Below are positions 37,416 to 49,500 of a stretch of DNA of 64,000 nt, piece by piece. This DNA is from Octopus sinensis (taxonomy: Eukaryota), in contig NC_043012.1 of the NCBI RefSeq assembly GCF_006345805.1, positions 27,652,001-27,716,000 of the forward strand, given 5' to 3'. Positions within the stretch are counted from its first letter, which is position 1. The number at the start of each line of letters is the position of its first letter. A model generated the notes under the pieces. The model saw only the letters and a list, made by a program, of their open reading frames with translations. It was not told the origin of the DNA and made no database searches. The translations under genes were made by a program, and so were the position numbers.

Positions 37416-40143
37416 GAGTACATCTGTGGAGTTGATATGTCAGAAACGAATATTTTTCTGTGTGTGTGTGTGTGCATAGTTCATCTGAGACAATAGTCTA
37501 TCGTTTGAAAATTTCTATCGGTCTCTGCAATCTGCAAAAACCTACTTGTCTGTGTCATAGACCTTTCTCGTCTGTCTCCTAGGCCTTTCTTATCTGTCCC
37601 TCTGCTGACCACTGTATTTATAACAATTGTGGCAGCCAGAAGGATAGGCATACTGCAGCAGAGATTGTGCCTAAATAGGTCAGCTCTACCTGACATGGCT
37701 GAAGTTGTAGGTCAAAGGGAAATGTTCAATCACTTTTTGACAGGACAAAGAAAACCTTTTTTCGCGCCTGTTGATCATGGTGGTATGGACGACTGAGAGT
37801 TCTTAGATTCGGTTTTGAATCTAGGCTTGGAGAAGGAAGTGTTAATTTTTACACATGGCTTCCCTGGATTGGTGAAATAGAAGAGTCAAGTGGTGAAGAC
37901 ATTATTTCGGCCTAGCTAAGGCAGTCTAGCAAATGTAAAACTGCTGTCACAGAAAAGCCATTGTTCCACCGTGCAAAAAGTTCTGTTGAAGTGTTAATTT
38001 AAATTTGGCTATGGTGGATCGAATCCACTTCATGCCTGCAAGATGCACTACATCACTCCACTCACCAGTGATGTTCCAGGAAAGGAAACGAACGATCGAA
38101 GGAGACAAAAGAAATATATAGTAAATGTCTTGGAATGTTTTTCAGCATTGAAATGTGTCTGGTGCTGTTGTCGTGGTTCCTTGCTGAGGTTACCAAGGAT
38201 GATAGTATAGCATGCTGGAGTGATGCGCAAGACAGAAAATTTTCTATCTTAATTACGTAACCAAACAAGGGTCTAACAGGGGGAAATTATGTCTAAACAT
38301 GAATGCAAAGCATATGAATGTTCGACATGCTTTGAGTTGGGAAAATAGTTGAGCAAAATAAGACAGTAGAGGTGCATGTGTGCAATAGGGCTTGCAAGGC
38401 TGAGGCAGTAATGCTAGTGCATTGATTCAGGTACAGTGTACAGTGTTGAATATGCCAGCTGGTGCATGAGGCATTATATGCCTCGATCGTACAGGAGCAA
38501 AAGTGTGGCATGCTGGCACATTGTAAGGGACAAACAACTTTCTCTGTATGTGTGACTGACCTAGGGCTTTACAGAGACTAGTTGTGTCTATAAGAGCGCA
38601 GGGAGCAGAGTGAACATGTATGTGTGTATGAACCATGTGCAGATGCGTGTGCAAGACCAGACATTGAGGAAAGGTGCATGCGTGAAAAGAAATTGCAGAC
38701 ATCCAAAAGGAGAACATATAGCAGAAAACATGTTATAAAAACAGGTGATCGATGTGTGTGCAGTGCAAACAATGAATGAATGAAGCAAAAATGACAAACT
38801 TGGTTAGAAAGTCTTTTGGTCCTGGTAAGCTAAATAGTAGCATTTGAAATGCAAAAATAGGTGCATGCAAAGAAAGTTCAAGTCTATGGCTGTGGAAAAC
38901 ATTGTGCATGTGTGCTCCCATAGTTTTATCCAGCTAGTTTCTGTGCATGTAGCTGTCGAAATGATGCATTTATTGGCTTCCATGGTCTGCAAATTCCTTG
39001 TGTGTCGGCTGTGTTGCATTTTCTTGAAGTGCATCATGGATTGCATCACAGTATAGAGCTTTCTGTAGCAGGTCAAAGGAGGGTGCATCTTAGTGGTGAT
39101 GAAGGTTGTAATTATTTTTCCTTTGGTTTAGCGACTATTGATATGAAGACTGTAGTTCTTTAATTTGAAGTCAGAAAAAATGCAGTGGTATGTAGTATCA
39201 GACAGTAGCAATTCTCTTTACACAGAGTCACTAGTTTGTTGGTAATGTAGCTTCAGAAGACAGCAATTCTTTTTCATGGCGTCACCAGTTGTAATAATGA
39301 AAGATTATTTTGTATCGGTTAAAATTAAATTTTAACAGCATGTTGTAGGATGTGAAAGTTGAACAATGCATGAAGTTTTAAGGAAATATTTATCTTTACC
39401 CGTTACATTATACAATATCTTGCCTCGATGGGCAGGTGATAAAATCATAAAGCATGCAAAGTAAAGATAGTTGTAGGTTTTTCTTGCGTAATTTGTGTTT
39501 GTGTCATTGTTTAGTAGTAATTACAGAGAAAGATAAAATGTTGTAAAAGAACAGAATTAGAGCTAGTGAGATTGAGAGAGTGTGGGACGTTGTCTCTCTC
39601 TCAATTCAGGAGTTGTCACCAAGGTGACTATCTGTCTTTTGCTTGCAGGTTCTTGTTATTATAACTATCCAGAAGGATAGACATATCGTTAAGAACAATA
39701 GATTTAGTTGGTGGTCTTGTTATCTTAATTCTAGCTTTTGGTGAAATAGGTTAGAAGGGTCAAGTGGTGAAGACATTATTTCGGCCTAGCTAAGGCAGTC
39801 TGGCAAATGTAAAACTGCTGTCACAGAAAAACCATTGTTTCACCGTGAGAAAAGTTCTGTTGAAATGTTAATTTAAATTTGGCTATGGTGGATCGAATCT
39901 ACTTCATGCCTGCAACATGCACTACAGGTATGTTTGAATGAAGCTAAAATTTTTTTTTTTTTCAATTTCAACATGAGCTGCAATATTTTTTAGTTTCATG
40001 TCCTGTACTTTTCCAGATGCAATTAACTGAGAATGTTATCGCTCCTCTAGCCACATTACTTGCTAGTTTAAATTTTAGTATACAATTTTCTTTAAATTAC
40101 CATTTATCATGATAATATAATTATTGTATTCCATTCTTGCCAG

Positions 40144-40256
40144 GTGTCAATGAGTATTGTGAGGAAGATGAAACTATTGTAATGGCTGCTATCAAAGAAA
40201 AAGTATTTCTGTTTCTCAGAACTCAAGTTGTAGCTTCCCCAAGTTTCTTTCAAGAG
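40144..40256 (+). CDS. NUP205: NUP205 exon (GVNEYCEEDETIVMAAIKEKVFLFLRTQVVASPSFFQE), phase 1-0
   Basis: 113 nt, not in ORF track; ttcttgccag|GT...GAG|gtgaga; matches EFTEADEAMAELAIADNVFLFLMESVVVSEYFYQE. Confidence 0.9.
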
Positions 40257-41366
40257 GTGAGAATAATTTAGTTATCTTTTATCTTCTACTTGTTTCAGTC
40301 ATTGAAACTGGCCAAGAATTTTTGGTCATGAATTGATCCCAGTTCTTTTATTTTTATATATTTAGTTTTTAACTACTAGTGATGGGGAAAACTGTCATGT
40401 TTTACAGCCTTTCATGAAAGATGTGATTAGTACCTGTTGTGAAATGTGTGTTACATTTTTTCACATGATTCTTCACCTCAAAAGCTCTAAACCCAGCAGT
40501 TTACCGTACCTAATTTTAAAACAATCAAGTATTTAAAGGATTCATTGAGATCCTCGGTCCTCTGATCGTGTGACATCTTGTGATATCATTGCGGTGTGAT
40601 AGTGAGCCAATTCATGAAAAAATATTTACTGACAACCAATCATATTTCTGTGATTATATATTTTCTAAACTTTATTTCATTAGTTTTCCTATTCATCAAA
40701 GTCCTTCAGACCATAACAGAAAGATCTAAAACTAGAAAATCAGACATGCATTCATTCCTTGCAGAATTGAGGTTTTCTGCTAAAATAAGATGAGACTTAG
40801 TGTAGAAAACATCACAAATTGAGAAGTGGTTAGTGGAGTGATTGGACTATTGCTTTGAGAACTATTTTGGCATTGTTCCAGACATTGAGATGATGTTCAG
40901 AGAACTGGTTGATCAAACAAGACCCTGTCATGCTTACAGTGTATTGCAGAGATTTTATGTCATATAGTATATTAAGTTGGGGTGGGTGGATGGTACAGTG
41001 AAAGTGGTCATTTAATTTTACCATAGACTGAGAAACTTTAGGTCTGTTCTTTGTGAGATGAAGGACCCAGTTTGGTATTGGAGGGGAGGAAGTAAATGGA
41101 AGCACCAGGTTGGGTGTGGCTAGTGACAAAAAAACATCCGAACTGATTTACATGTGCATTTTTGCCCCTTATGTGACAGAGGAATGGAGAATCATAGAAG
41201 AATGTGATGGTTACAAATATAAACACTCTGTTCAGTAAACTTTGTATGTTGATATTTGTAGCAGGGTAGATATGTCTTCTTTATGTCATAATGAAAAACA
41301 CAGATTTATGTAAATACAGAATTTAATAGAGTGATATTTCATTCATTTTTACATGTTTGTCTATGG

Positions 41367-42650
41367 CAGTGGTTCCCAAATGGTGCAGCATGCTTCATAG
41401 GTGAGGCAGAATGATTGAAAGACAATCAAAGATTTAGAAACAGTTTCAAAAAATTCATATGCCAAAAAAAACATGATTTCATGAGTCCCAGTAAATAATT
41501 ATAGTCTGATTTTATCATCGTGATACTTTTGCATGTTATCAATTATTAAGAATAGAGAGAGTTATCAATGATAATGTTCTGACTTCAAATCTGTGGTTAT
41601 CTTCCTTTAACCCTCTCTCTTTGGATATTCTTTGCCATAGAGCTACTTGCACCTTTTCATCAGGATCTGGTGTCTCCATATCCAACATTATGGCCATTAG
41701 AAATAAATGGCTAAACACAGGCTCATATATCTTATCCCTTTCAGATCATGAATAGATATTTAAAAAAAAAACCCGAAAACATCAAGTCTGATTTGGCAAT
41801 CAAGAATCATTGGAAAAAGAGGGTATTGAAGAAGACTTGTCAATTGCTGCAACAGAAGCAGGCTCAAGCAAACCTTGAAAAAAGAAAGTTTACTGACGGT
41901 CTGTGGATAGCTATTTGAGTCTTGGTTTCTCACGGATTGGAGATAAAAATGCACCTCAAGCTATGTGTTTGAATTGCGGCACAAAGCTTTTCAATTCCAA
42001 TATAATCCCAAACAAGATGAAAAGACATCTGTTGTCAAAACATGAAAATTTGGCAGGCAAGGATGTTCAATACTTTGAACGGTTTTTGGAACAGCAGAAA
42101 TACCAGAGTTCATATTTTGAATCATGTGTGACAATTTCAGACAAAATGCAGATTGTATTGTACAGAGTTGATTGCTCAATAGACAAAACCTCATTTAATA
42201 GCTAAAAAATTAATTCAGCCTGCTAGGTGCTTGATTCTGAAAACTGTTAGATGATGATGCTGAGCAAGAAGTTAGGAAAATTCCTATGTCTGATAATACA
42301 ATTTACAGAAGTATAGTTTCTGAAAGTATTAAGAATTCTAAATTTGCCAATTCAAGTTGATGAATCTATCAACCTTAGTGGAAAGGCACAGTTACTTGCT
42401 TATATCAGATCCATTCACAATACTGAAATAAGAATACACTTTTTATTTTGCAAGGAACTTGCTCGAATGTATGAAGGGAGAAGATATTTTTCAAGCCCTG
42501 TGTGAGTATTTTGAAAAGGTTGAGGTTTCATGGAATTCTTGTATTGGAATTTGCATGGATAGAGCCCCAAGTATGATAGGGAATGTGAGAGGCAATCATT
42601 GGAAAGATAAATCCAGATGTAATATCAACTCACTGTTTGTGGTGTAGTTT
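41367..42650 (+). mobile_element. hAT (Buster/Charlie-type) transposon remnant
   Basis: Terminus cagtggttcccaaa; YLSLGF...PQAMCLNCG..L.N....PNKMKRHLLSKH (BED finger), Q.DES, GEDIF..L..YFE...W..CIGIC.DRAPSMIG. Confidence 0.8.
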
Positions 42651-43249
42651 CTGTATTACAGTGGATGCATAACAGTAGGCGTAAACTTTGAGAGTAAACT
42701 CAACGTACCACGTCTCTGTACAGACAGACCCACAAAACAAATTTGTAAGGTAGGTGAGTGCTGCCTTTTGTTAGTTTAAAAGATGTGAGTGTGGGGTTAC
42801 AATATGAGACAGTCATGGCTAGCCAACGTAAAGGATGACGCAAAGAAGTGTTAGATGAGCAGCCAAAATAAATGCTACAAAGATTTTTAGTGGTGTGCTG
42901 GAGGTTACAGTAATGTTTTTTTTTCATTGCATCCGTAAAGGTAACAAAGCCCAAAGTGCCGGGACCTTATTTTTATATTTATTATTTTATTTTCAAATTT
43001 TTGGTTGTCAAAATTAGGGTTTGTCCTCGAGGACAAAGCATCTTCAATGCTGGGAAATACAGTAATTAATTTTATTAGTGTTTAAGGTGTAAAAAAAAAA
43101 AAAAAGAGTTGTAATAAATAAAAAACACTGCAATATACAAATTAGCACCCTTATCTACTTCAAAATTTGAATCCCAGATTTCCTACCAAATTTCAGAATA
43201 ATATAGAAAATGTATTCTTTAAAAAAATTATATTAGTTTACTTTTGTCA

Positions 43250-44037
43250 TCTCTCTATATATAAACGGCAGTTTGTCTGTCTGTGTGTCTGTCAGGTTGT
43301 ACCCTCACCCTGACCACGGCTTTCAACCGATTCTGATGAAACTTGACACACACATAGCCCAATGTCATAATTCAAAACTAACGCAGCGAAAATTTTGAAA
43401 AGTTCCCCCAGTTCTGAAACAAAATCGATAAATTCCACATGGGTCGAGAATTTAAGCTTTTTATATGCAACACGTTTTCTACAGACTGTCTAGGGGACGC
43501 AACTCGACCTTTTTAACTCTCGGAACACGTGGGGTAAGTATCCCAAAATGTATAAAAATGTATAAAAACGGCAAAAAAGCGGGTAGCAATGTGAGTGACA
43601 ACAACGAAAAAGTCAAAAGTGACCAAACTGAACAAACGAATGGAAAAGGTTTTTTGGTGCACACGACAAAAGCGGTTTATAATAAACCAAAAGTTTGCAA
43701 GTAGCGTCCGAGGACCCTTAGGGTGCGTCAAAAATTTAAGGTAAAACGTTTGGGGTGGTAGTTATAAAGAAAGTGTAAACAAAAAAAAGTATTTGAATAA
43801 CTTGCGGCTGCAGCAGCTATTAGCAGAAGTGGGGGTAAAGTCGCGAATGTAATTTCTTCCTGGTAGGAATTGGTTGGGTTGAATTATCGATAGCTGTTTG
43901 ATAGTTATTTGGGAGTGAAGAGAAGACATTGCAACCTACACATGCGCCTTCGTTCCCTAGAGGGAAAGGAGTAGATTGGGATTAGTTGTTGCCTACTAGG
44001 GGCAACATACCCGGGCAACGCCGGGCTATGCTGCTAG
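43250..44037 (+). mobile_element. Non-autonomous Helitron
   Basis: Sits between A and T; 5' TC(TCTATATATAAA); 3' hairpin CCCGG-gcaacg-CCGGG about 11 nt before terminal CTAG; no TSD. Confidence 0.8.
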
Positions 44038-44250
44038 TAAATATATATATATATGTATATGAACTGCATTATTACATGTGTCAATAGGCTGAACCTAGTT
44101 GAAATTTGGAGATGTGATGAATTGATTTCATTAATTTTGTCCACTTTTCAGTAAAAATTAAAAAATTTTGTCTTTATGTCTGTGTGATAAAGTTTCACTT
44201 CACCCTGGCTGCAAGATAAGGTTAAATAAAATGCTTTTGTTTTATTGCAG

Positions 44251-44313
44251 GAGTTTTTTGTCTCTCGTATTCATGGTCTGCTGACTGATTTTATTGTTCA
44301 CATGCCACTCAAG
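44251..44313 (+). CDS. NUP205: NUP205 exon (EFFVSRIHGLLTDFIVHMPLK), phase 0-0
   Basis: 63 nt, tttattgcag|GAG...AAG|gtaaac; matches EFYIRRVHNLITDFLALMPMK. Confidence 0.92.
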
Positions 44314-45269
44314 GTAAACATTCATATTTCACATCTTACTTTTATTTTGTGTGCTTTTTATATGATAGTTGTGTCCTGGATGTCAGACTTAAAAGAAAGG
44401 AAGACCTTAGTTAAGAAGCAGATTGTGTGTGTATTTGTGTGTAATGTTTAATTCAAAGCCTGTGGTTTTCAGCAATTGTAGTGTAAACAATACCTTGGGA
44501 ATGTAAAATGTTTTGATAAGAGTACTTTTAAAAACTTCCCCTTTTGCTTAAAATAAGTTATATATTTCTGAGTTTTGGAATACTTGAGCAGAAAAATTTT
44601 GTATTTCATTATATGTGAAAAATATTTTTGAAAATTTATGAATTTTTTTCAACCACTCTCCTTTCCCACACAGTTCTGATTTGGGCCAATGTGTTTTGCA
44701 CTATGAATTTAAAATTAGGGGAGAAGGCTTGAAGGTTTATATATATATATAAGAAAGAATGGGCAATTACAATCCCCACTGCTTTTATTTTCAAACAGAG
44801 AATGAAATGTAATTTAAGAACTATAGTGGAATCTTCAAAAATGTTTTCATTAAGCTGGAGCCTAACCCCAAAATTCAAAAATTTTGCCTTTTTTTGAAAT
44901 TCTTTTTTTAATCAAAGTTTTAAAATATGGACTGTGGATCTGTAATTTGTTTCTGTTATTTCAAAATAATTTTCAGATGAAAAGGTAATTTAAGGGAGAT
45001 TTAGCAGTTATTTCTAGCACATTCCTCGACCACCTGGCACCTTTCTGGTTCTTTTTTGTTACTCTGATGGTGTAAAAACTCCCCTCCTCCATAAACAATT
45101 TTATGGAATGATGATACAGTGGTCCATGGCTGGAATTTAAGAAACAACAACGCAACAACAAAATTTGTTATTTAAATCTTTAACCCACCCACATCAAGCA
45201 AACCTTTGTGTATCAAAAAATAACATAATTTACTAACAGAAAAGTATCTTATTAAATGAAATTTCACTT

Positions 45270-45830
45270 GGCTTGACAAGTCTTTTCAAGCGTGGCATAT
45301 TGCCAAGGGTCTGGGTCACTTGTCATTGCCTCCATGATGTCCAACGTTCAAAGATCATGCTTCACCATCTCATCCTATGTCTTCTTGGGTTTACCTCTTC
45401 CACAGGTTCCCTCTAATGTTAGAGTTTAGCACTTCTTCACCCAGCTGTCCTTGTCCATACACATCACATGACCATACCAGCATGATTGTCTCTCTTGCAC
45501 ACCACATCTGATGACTCTTATGCCCAACTTTTTTCTCAAGATGCTTTCACTCTGTTGTGCATGCAGACTGACATTATACATTCAGCGAAGCATACTCACT
45601 TTATTTTTTTCAAGCCTACGCAAGTCCTCGCTGCTCACAGCCCATGTTTCACTGCTGTATAGCATGGCTGTTCATATTCAGGCATCATACAATTGTTTCC
45701 AATCTCTATGGGAGGTCTCTGAACTTTGCCCAGCCTCCTGTCTGATTTGGCATGGTTTCTACAGCTGGATGCCCTTTCTAACACCAACCACTTCACAGTG
45801 TGTGCTGGGTGCTGTTATGTGGCCCTGCAC
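45270..45830 (-). mobile_element. Diverged RTE LINE 3' fragment
   Basis: Similar to 48330-48800 and the RTE 3' UTR. Confidence 0.7.
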
Positions 45831-46590
45831 TCTCTTATGTATCTTTGTAGGAGCTGTAACAATTTTTTCATAGTTTAGTGATATCTTCCAATTATTTTAG
45901 ATACTTCTAATGCCAATTGACTTTTTGCATGTCCAGATGTAATAATAGATTTCTCTGAAGAAGTTATGTCACATTTACGACCCATATTTACACGATTATC
46001 AGATAACCATTAATAATTTGGAATATTGAAAGCTTGTGGAAATGGTGTGGTTTGTTTACACTTGCACAAAGCCTCATGTTTTTTTACATACCACATATAA
46101 CTGTTGCCATCATTCTGTGGAAATTTTGTTGAATTCCAGTGAGTATTTTTAAAATAAAATTTTAACATACTACATTGTTAATAATTTGAAACACAATGTA
46201 TATGAAAGGAAAAAATGGTGAAATGAAAGTGCTATGTTAAATAGGTTATTCTGGTGGCCATACTTGTTATTTTGTTTAGAAAAAAATCCGTTTAGAGTGA
46301 TAAAGGTTACAATCATTTAAATAAGTTACATATGTCCATGCTAAAACATGAATGTTCTCAAAGACATAAACTCATTCATAGATCTAGAAATATTTGGGAG
46401 TGTTCCGATAGACTTGCAATTGGATGCGTTAAAAAAACAGAGCATACAATTACATAATAAAGCTAGATGAAATAGATTCATTCTGCAGCGATTGATGCAG
46501 TTATTTCTCTCAGTCACCAGGAATTATCATTTCAGAGTTATCTTGAATCTAAGGAATCCAGTAATCTCAGAAATTATAAAAAACTCTTAT

Positions 46591-49500
46591 TTAACCCTTT
46601 CGTTACTAACCCAGCCGTAGTCTGCCGAAAAATTTTTTGGTTCATAAGACCAACCCGGCAGTAGCCAGCCGAGAGTGCCCTTTGTTATTTAAACATGAAT
46701 TTAAGCACAAATCTCGTTAGTATATTTGTGAAAATGCATGATTTCATTTTGTAAATAGTTGAGTTATAGTATCCGATATTGCTTGATGTGATATCTGAAC
46801 TCAGTGAATTTTAAGAGATTTTTTTGGCATCGATTTTTTTTTAACTTTGAAAATGGATAGGAGTTTCATGTTATCAAGCAGTGATTCCAAATTTAAAGCT
46901 TTTTCAATGGAAAATATGGAGATATTGAGAAAAAGAACGAATGAGGTACAAAAGCATGTGGTGTACTAAGATGAATCGGATATTTCTGTATCTGAAACCG
47001 AAAGCAGCGATTCTGAAAAAACTGAAAGCAGCGATAGCGAAGCAAAGACGATTTTACATCGGAATGAAGTAAAAACTTTAAAATGTTTTGTTTAGCAATT
47101 TTTCTGAGGAGATGGCGTCTATGCAAAGTCTTCCCTAGGAAGTGAAACCATTAGATTTTTATTTTTTTCAGTATGCTTGTTTGAGGCGATCACTGCGGAA
47201 ACAAACTGTTACACAGAATGTAAACAAACAGTATATGCCAGGAAAGGCCACGAAATGGGGGATCAAAGTTTGGAAAATTTGTGAAGCAAATACTGGGTAC
47301 TGCTGTGGAGTTAGTTTTTATACAGGGAAAATAATGTTAGTCAGCATGGCCTAGGGAACGATGTGGTCTGGAATTTATCACTTCCATACCATAACCAGGG
47401 CCGTATATTATTTTTTGACCAATTTCTTTAGTTCGGTCAAACTTGCGGTGGATTTAGGTGGATTCCAATTTATTTCACCTTTATGATACACCTGTTCTGT
47501 TGTGCATTAAATTCAACTGATAATCTAGTGATGTGCTCAATTCTTCTATATCAAAACTTAGTTGCATACCCATTTGAATATTAGCTGCTGATTCATTTTC
47601 TATGGTGATCATCATCATCATTTAGCGTCCGTTTTCCATGCTAGCATGGGTTGGACGGTTCTACTGGGGTCTGTGAAGCCAGAAGGCTTCATCAGGCCCA
47701 GTCAAATCTGGCAGTGTTTCTACGGCTGGATGCCCTTCCTAACGCCAACCACTCCGTGAGTGTAGTGGGTGCTTTTTACGTGCCACCCGCACAGGTGCCA
47801 GACAGAGCTGGCAAACGGCTACGAACGGATGGTGCTTTTTATGTGTCACCGGCACAAGGGCCAGGCGAGGCTGGCAACGGACACGAAACGGGGCGGTGCT
47901 GGCAACGGTCGCGAAACGGAAGGTTCTCTTACATGCCACCGGCACTGGTAACACATCTGCAATTTCCATTGATCGATTTCCATTCTGATCCTCACTTGCC
48001 TCAACGGGTCTTCACAAGTAGAGTTTCGACATGCCACCGGCACTGGTAACACATCTGCAATTTCCATTGATCGATTTCCATTCTGATCCTCACTTGCCTC
48101 AACGGGTCTTCACAAGTAGAGTATCGACATGCCACCGGCACTGGTAACACATCTGCAATTTCCATTGATCGATTTCGATTCTGATCCTCACTTGCCTCAA
48201 CAGGTCTTCACAAGTAGAGTTTTGTGTCCCAAGAAGGGAAGGTATGCATACGTAGGCTGGCTCCATCCCAAGTAGAAGGCCACGGGTTATGGACTCACTT
48301 GTCCTGCCGGGTCTTCTCGCGCACAGCACACTTCCAGAGGACTCGGTCTCTAGTCATTTCCTCAGTGAGACCTAAAGTTCGAAGGTCGTGCTTCACCACC
48401 TCGTCCCAGGTTTTCCTGGGTCTGCCTCTTCCACAGGTTCCCTCAACCGCTAGGGTGTGGCACTTTTTCACACAACTATCTTCATCCATTCTCGCCACAT
48501 GACCATACCAGCGCAATCGTCTCTCTTGCACACCACAACTGATGCTTCTTAGGTCCAGCTTTTCTCTCAAGGTACTTACACTCTGTTGATTATGAACACT
48601 GACATTACACATCCATCGGAGCATACTGGCTTCATTTCTTGTGAGCTTACGCATATCCTCAGCAGTCACGGCCCATGTTTCACTGCCATGTAGCATGGCT
48701 GTTCGTACACACGCATCATACAGTCTGCCTTTCACTCTGTGCGAGAGGCCTTTTGTCACCAGCAGGGGTAAGAGCTCTCTGAACTTTGCCCAAGCTATTC
48801 TTACTCTAGCAGTTACACTTTCAGCACACCCGCCCCCGCTGCTGATTTGGTCACCTAGGTAACGGAAACTATCAACTATTTCTAGTTTTTCTCCCTGGAA
48901 AGTGACGGAAGTTGGTCTCAGAGCATTTTCAGTGTTTATTGTTCCTGAGCATCTGCCACATACAAAAACCATCTTCCTAGTTAGCCTTCCTTTGACATTG
49001 CTGCACCTCTTATGTGTCCATAGCTTACACTTGGTGCATCTTATAGAGTTTCTACCTACACCTTTTCTACAGATTGAGCAGGGCCATCTACCTGAAGGCG
49101 TTTGTGATTTGTCTACCTTCCTACTGATTACGACTTTGGTTTTAGCTAGATTGACTCTGAGGCCCTTCGATTCTAATCCTTGTTTCCACACCTGAAACTT
49201 CTCCTCCAGTTCTGATAGCGACTCAGCAATTAGAGCAAGGTCATCAGCATAGAGCAGCTCCCAAGGGCATCCTGTCTTGAATTCCTCCGTTATTGCCTGG
49301 AGGACTATGATAAATAGGAGGGGGCTGAGTACTGAGCCTTGGTGGACCCCTACCTCTACCCGGAATTCTTCACTGTACTCGTTTCCAACCCTCACCCTAC
49401 TAGCAGCGTCCCTATACATGGCCCGCACAGCTCTCACTAGCCATTCATCTATCCCTAGTTTCCTCATTGCCCACCAGATAAGGGATCGGGGGACCCTGTC

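Noticed and set aside
38050-39100. Cys/His-rich short ORFs on both strands
   Set aside because: Arise from TGCA/CATG-rich composition; no recognisable domain or splice pattern
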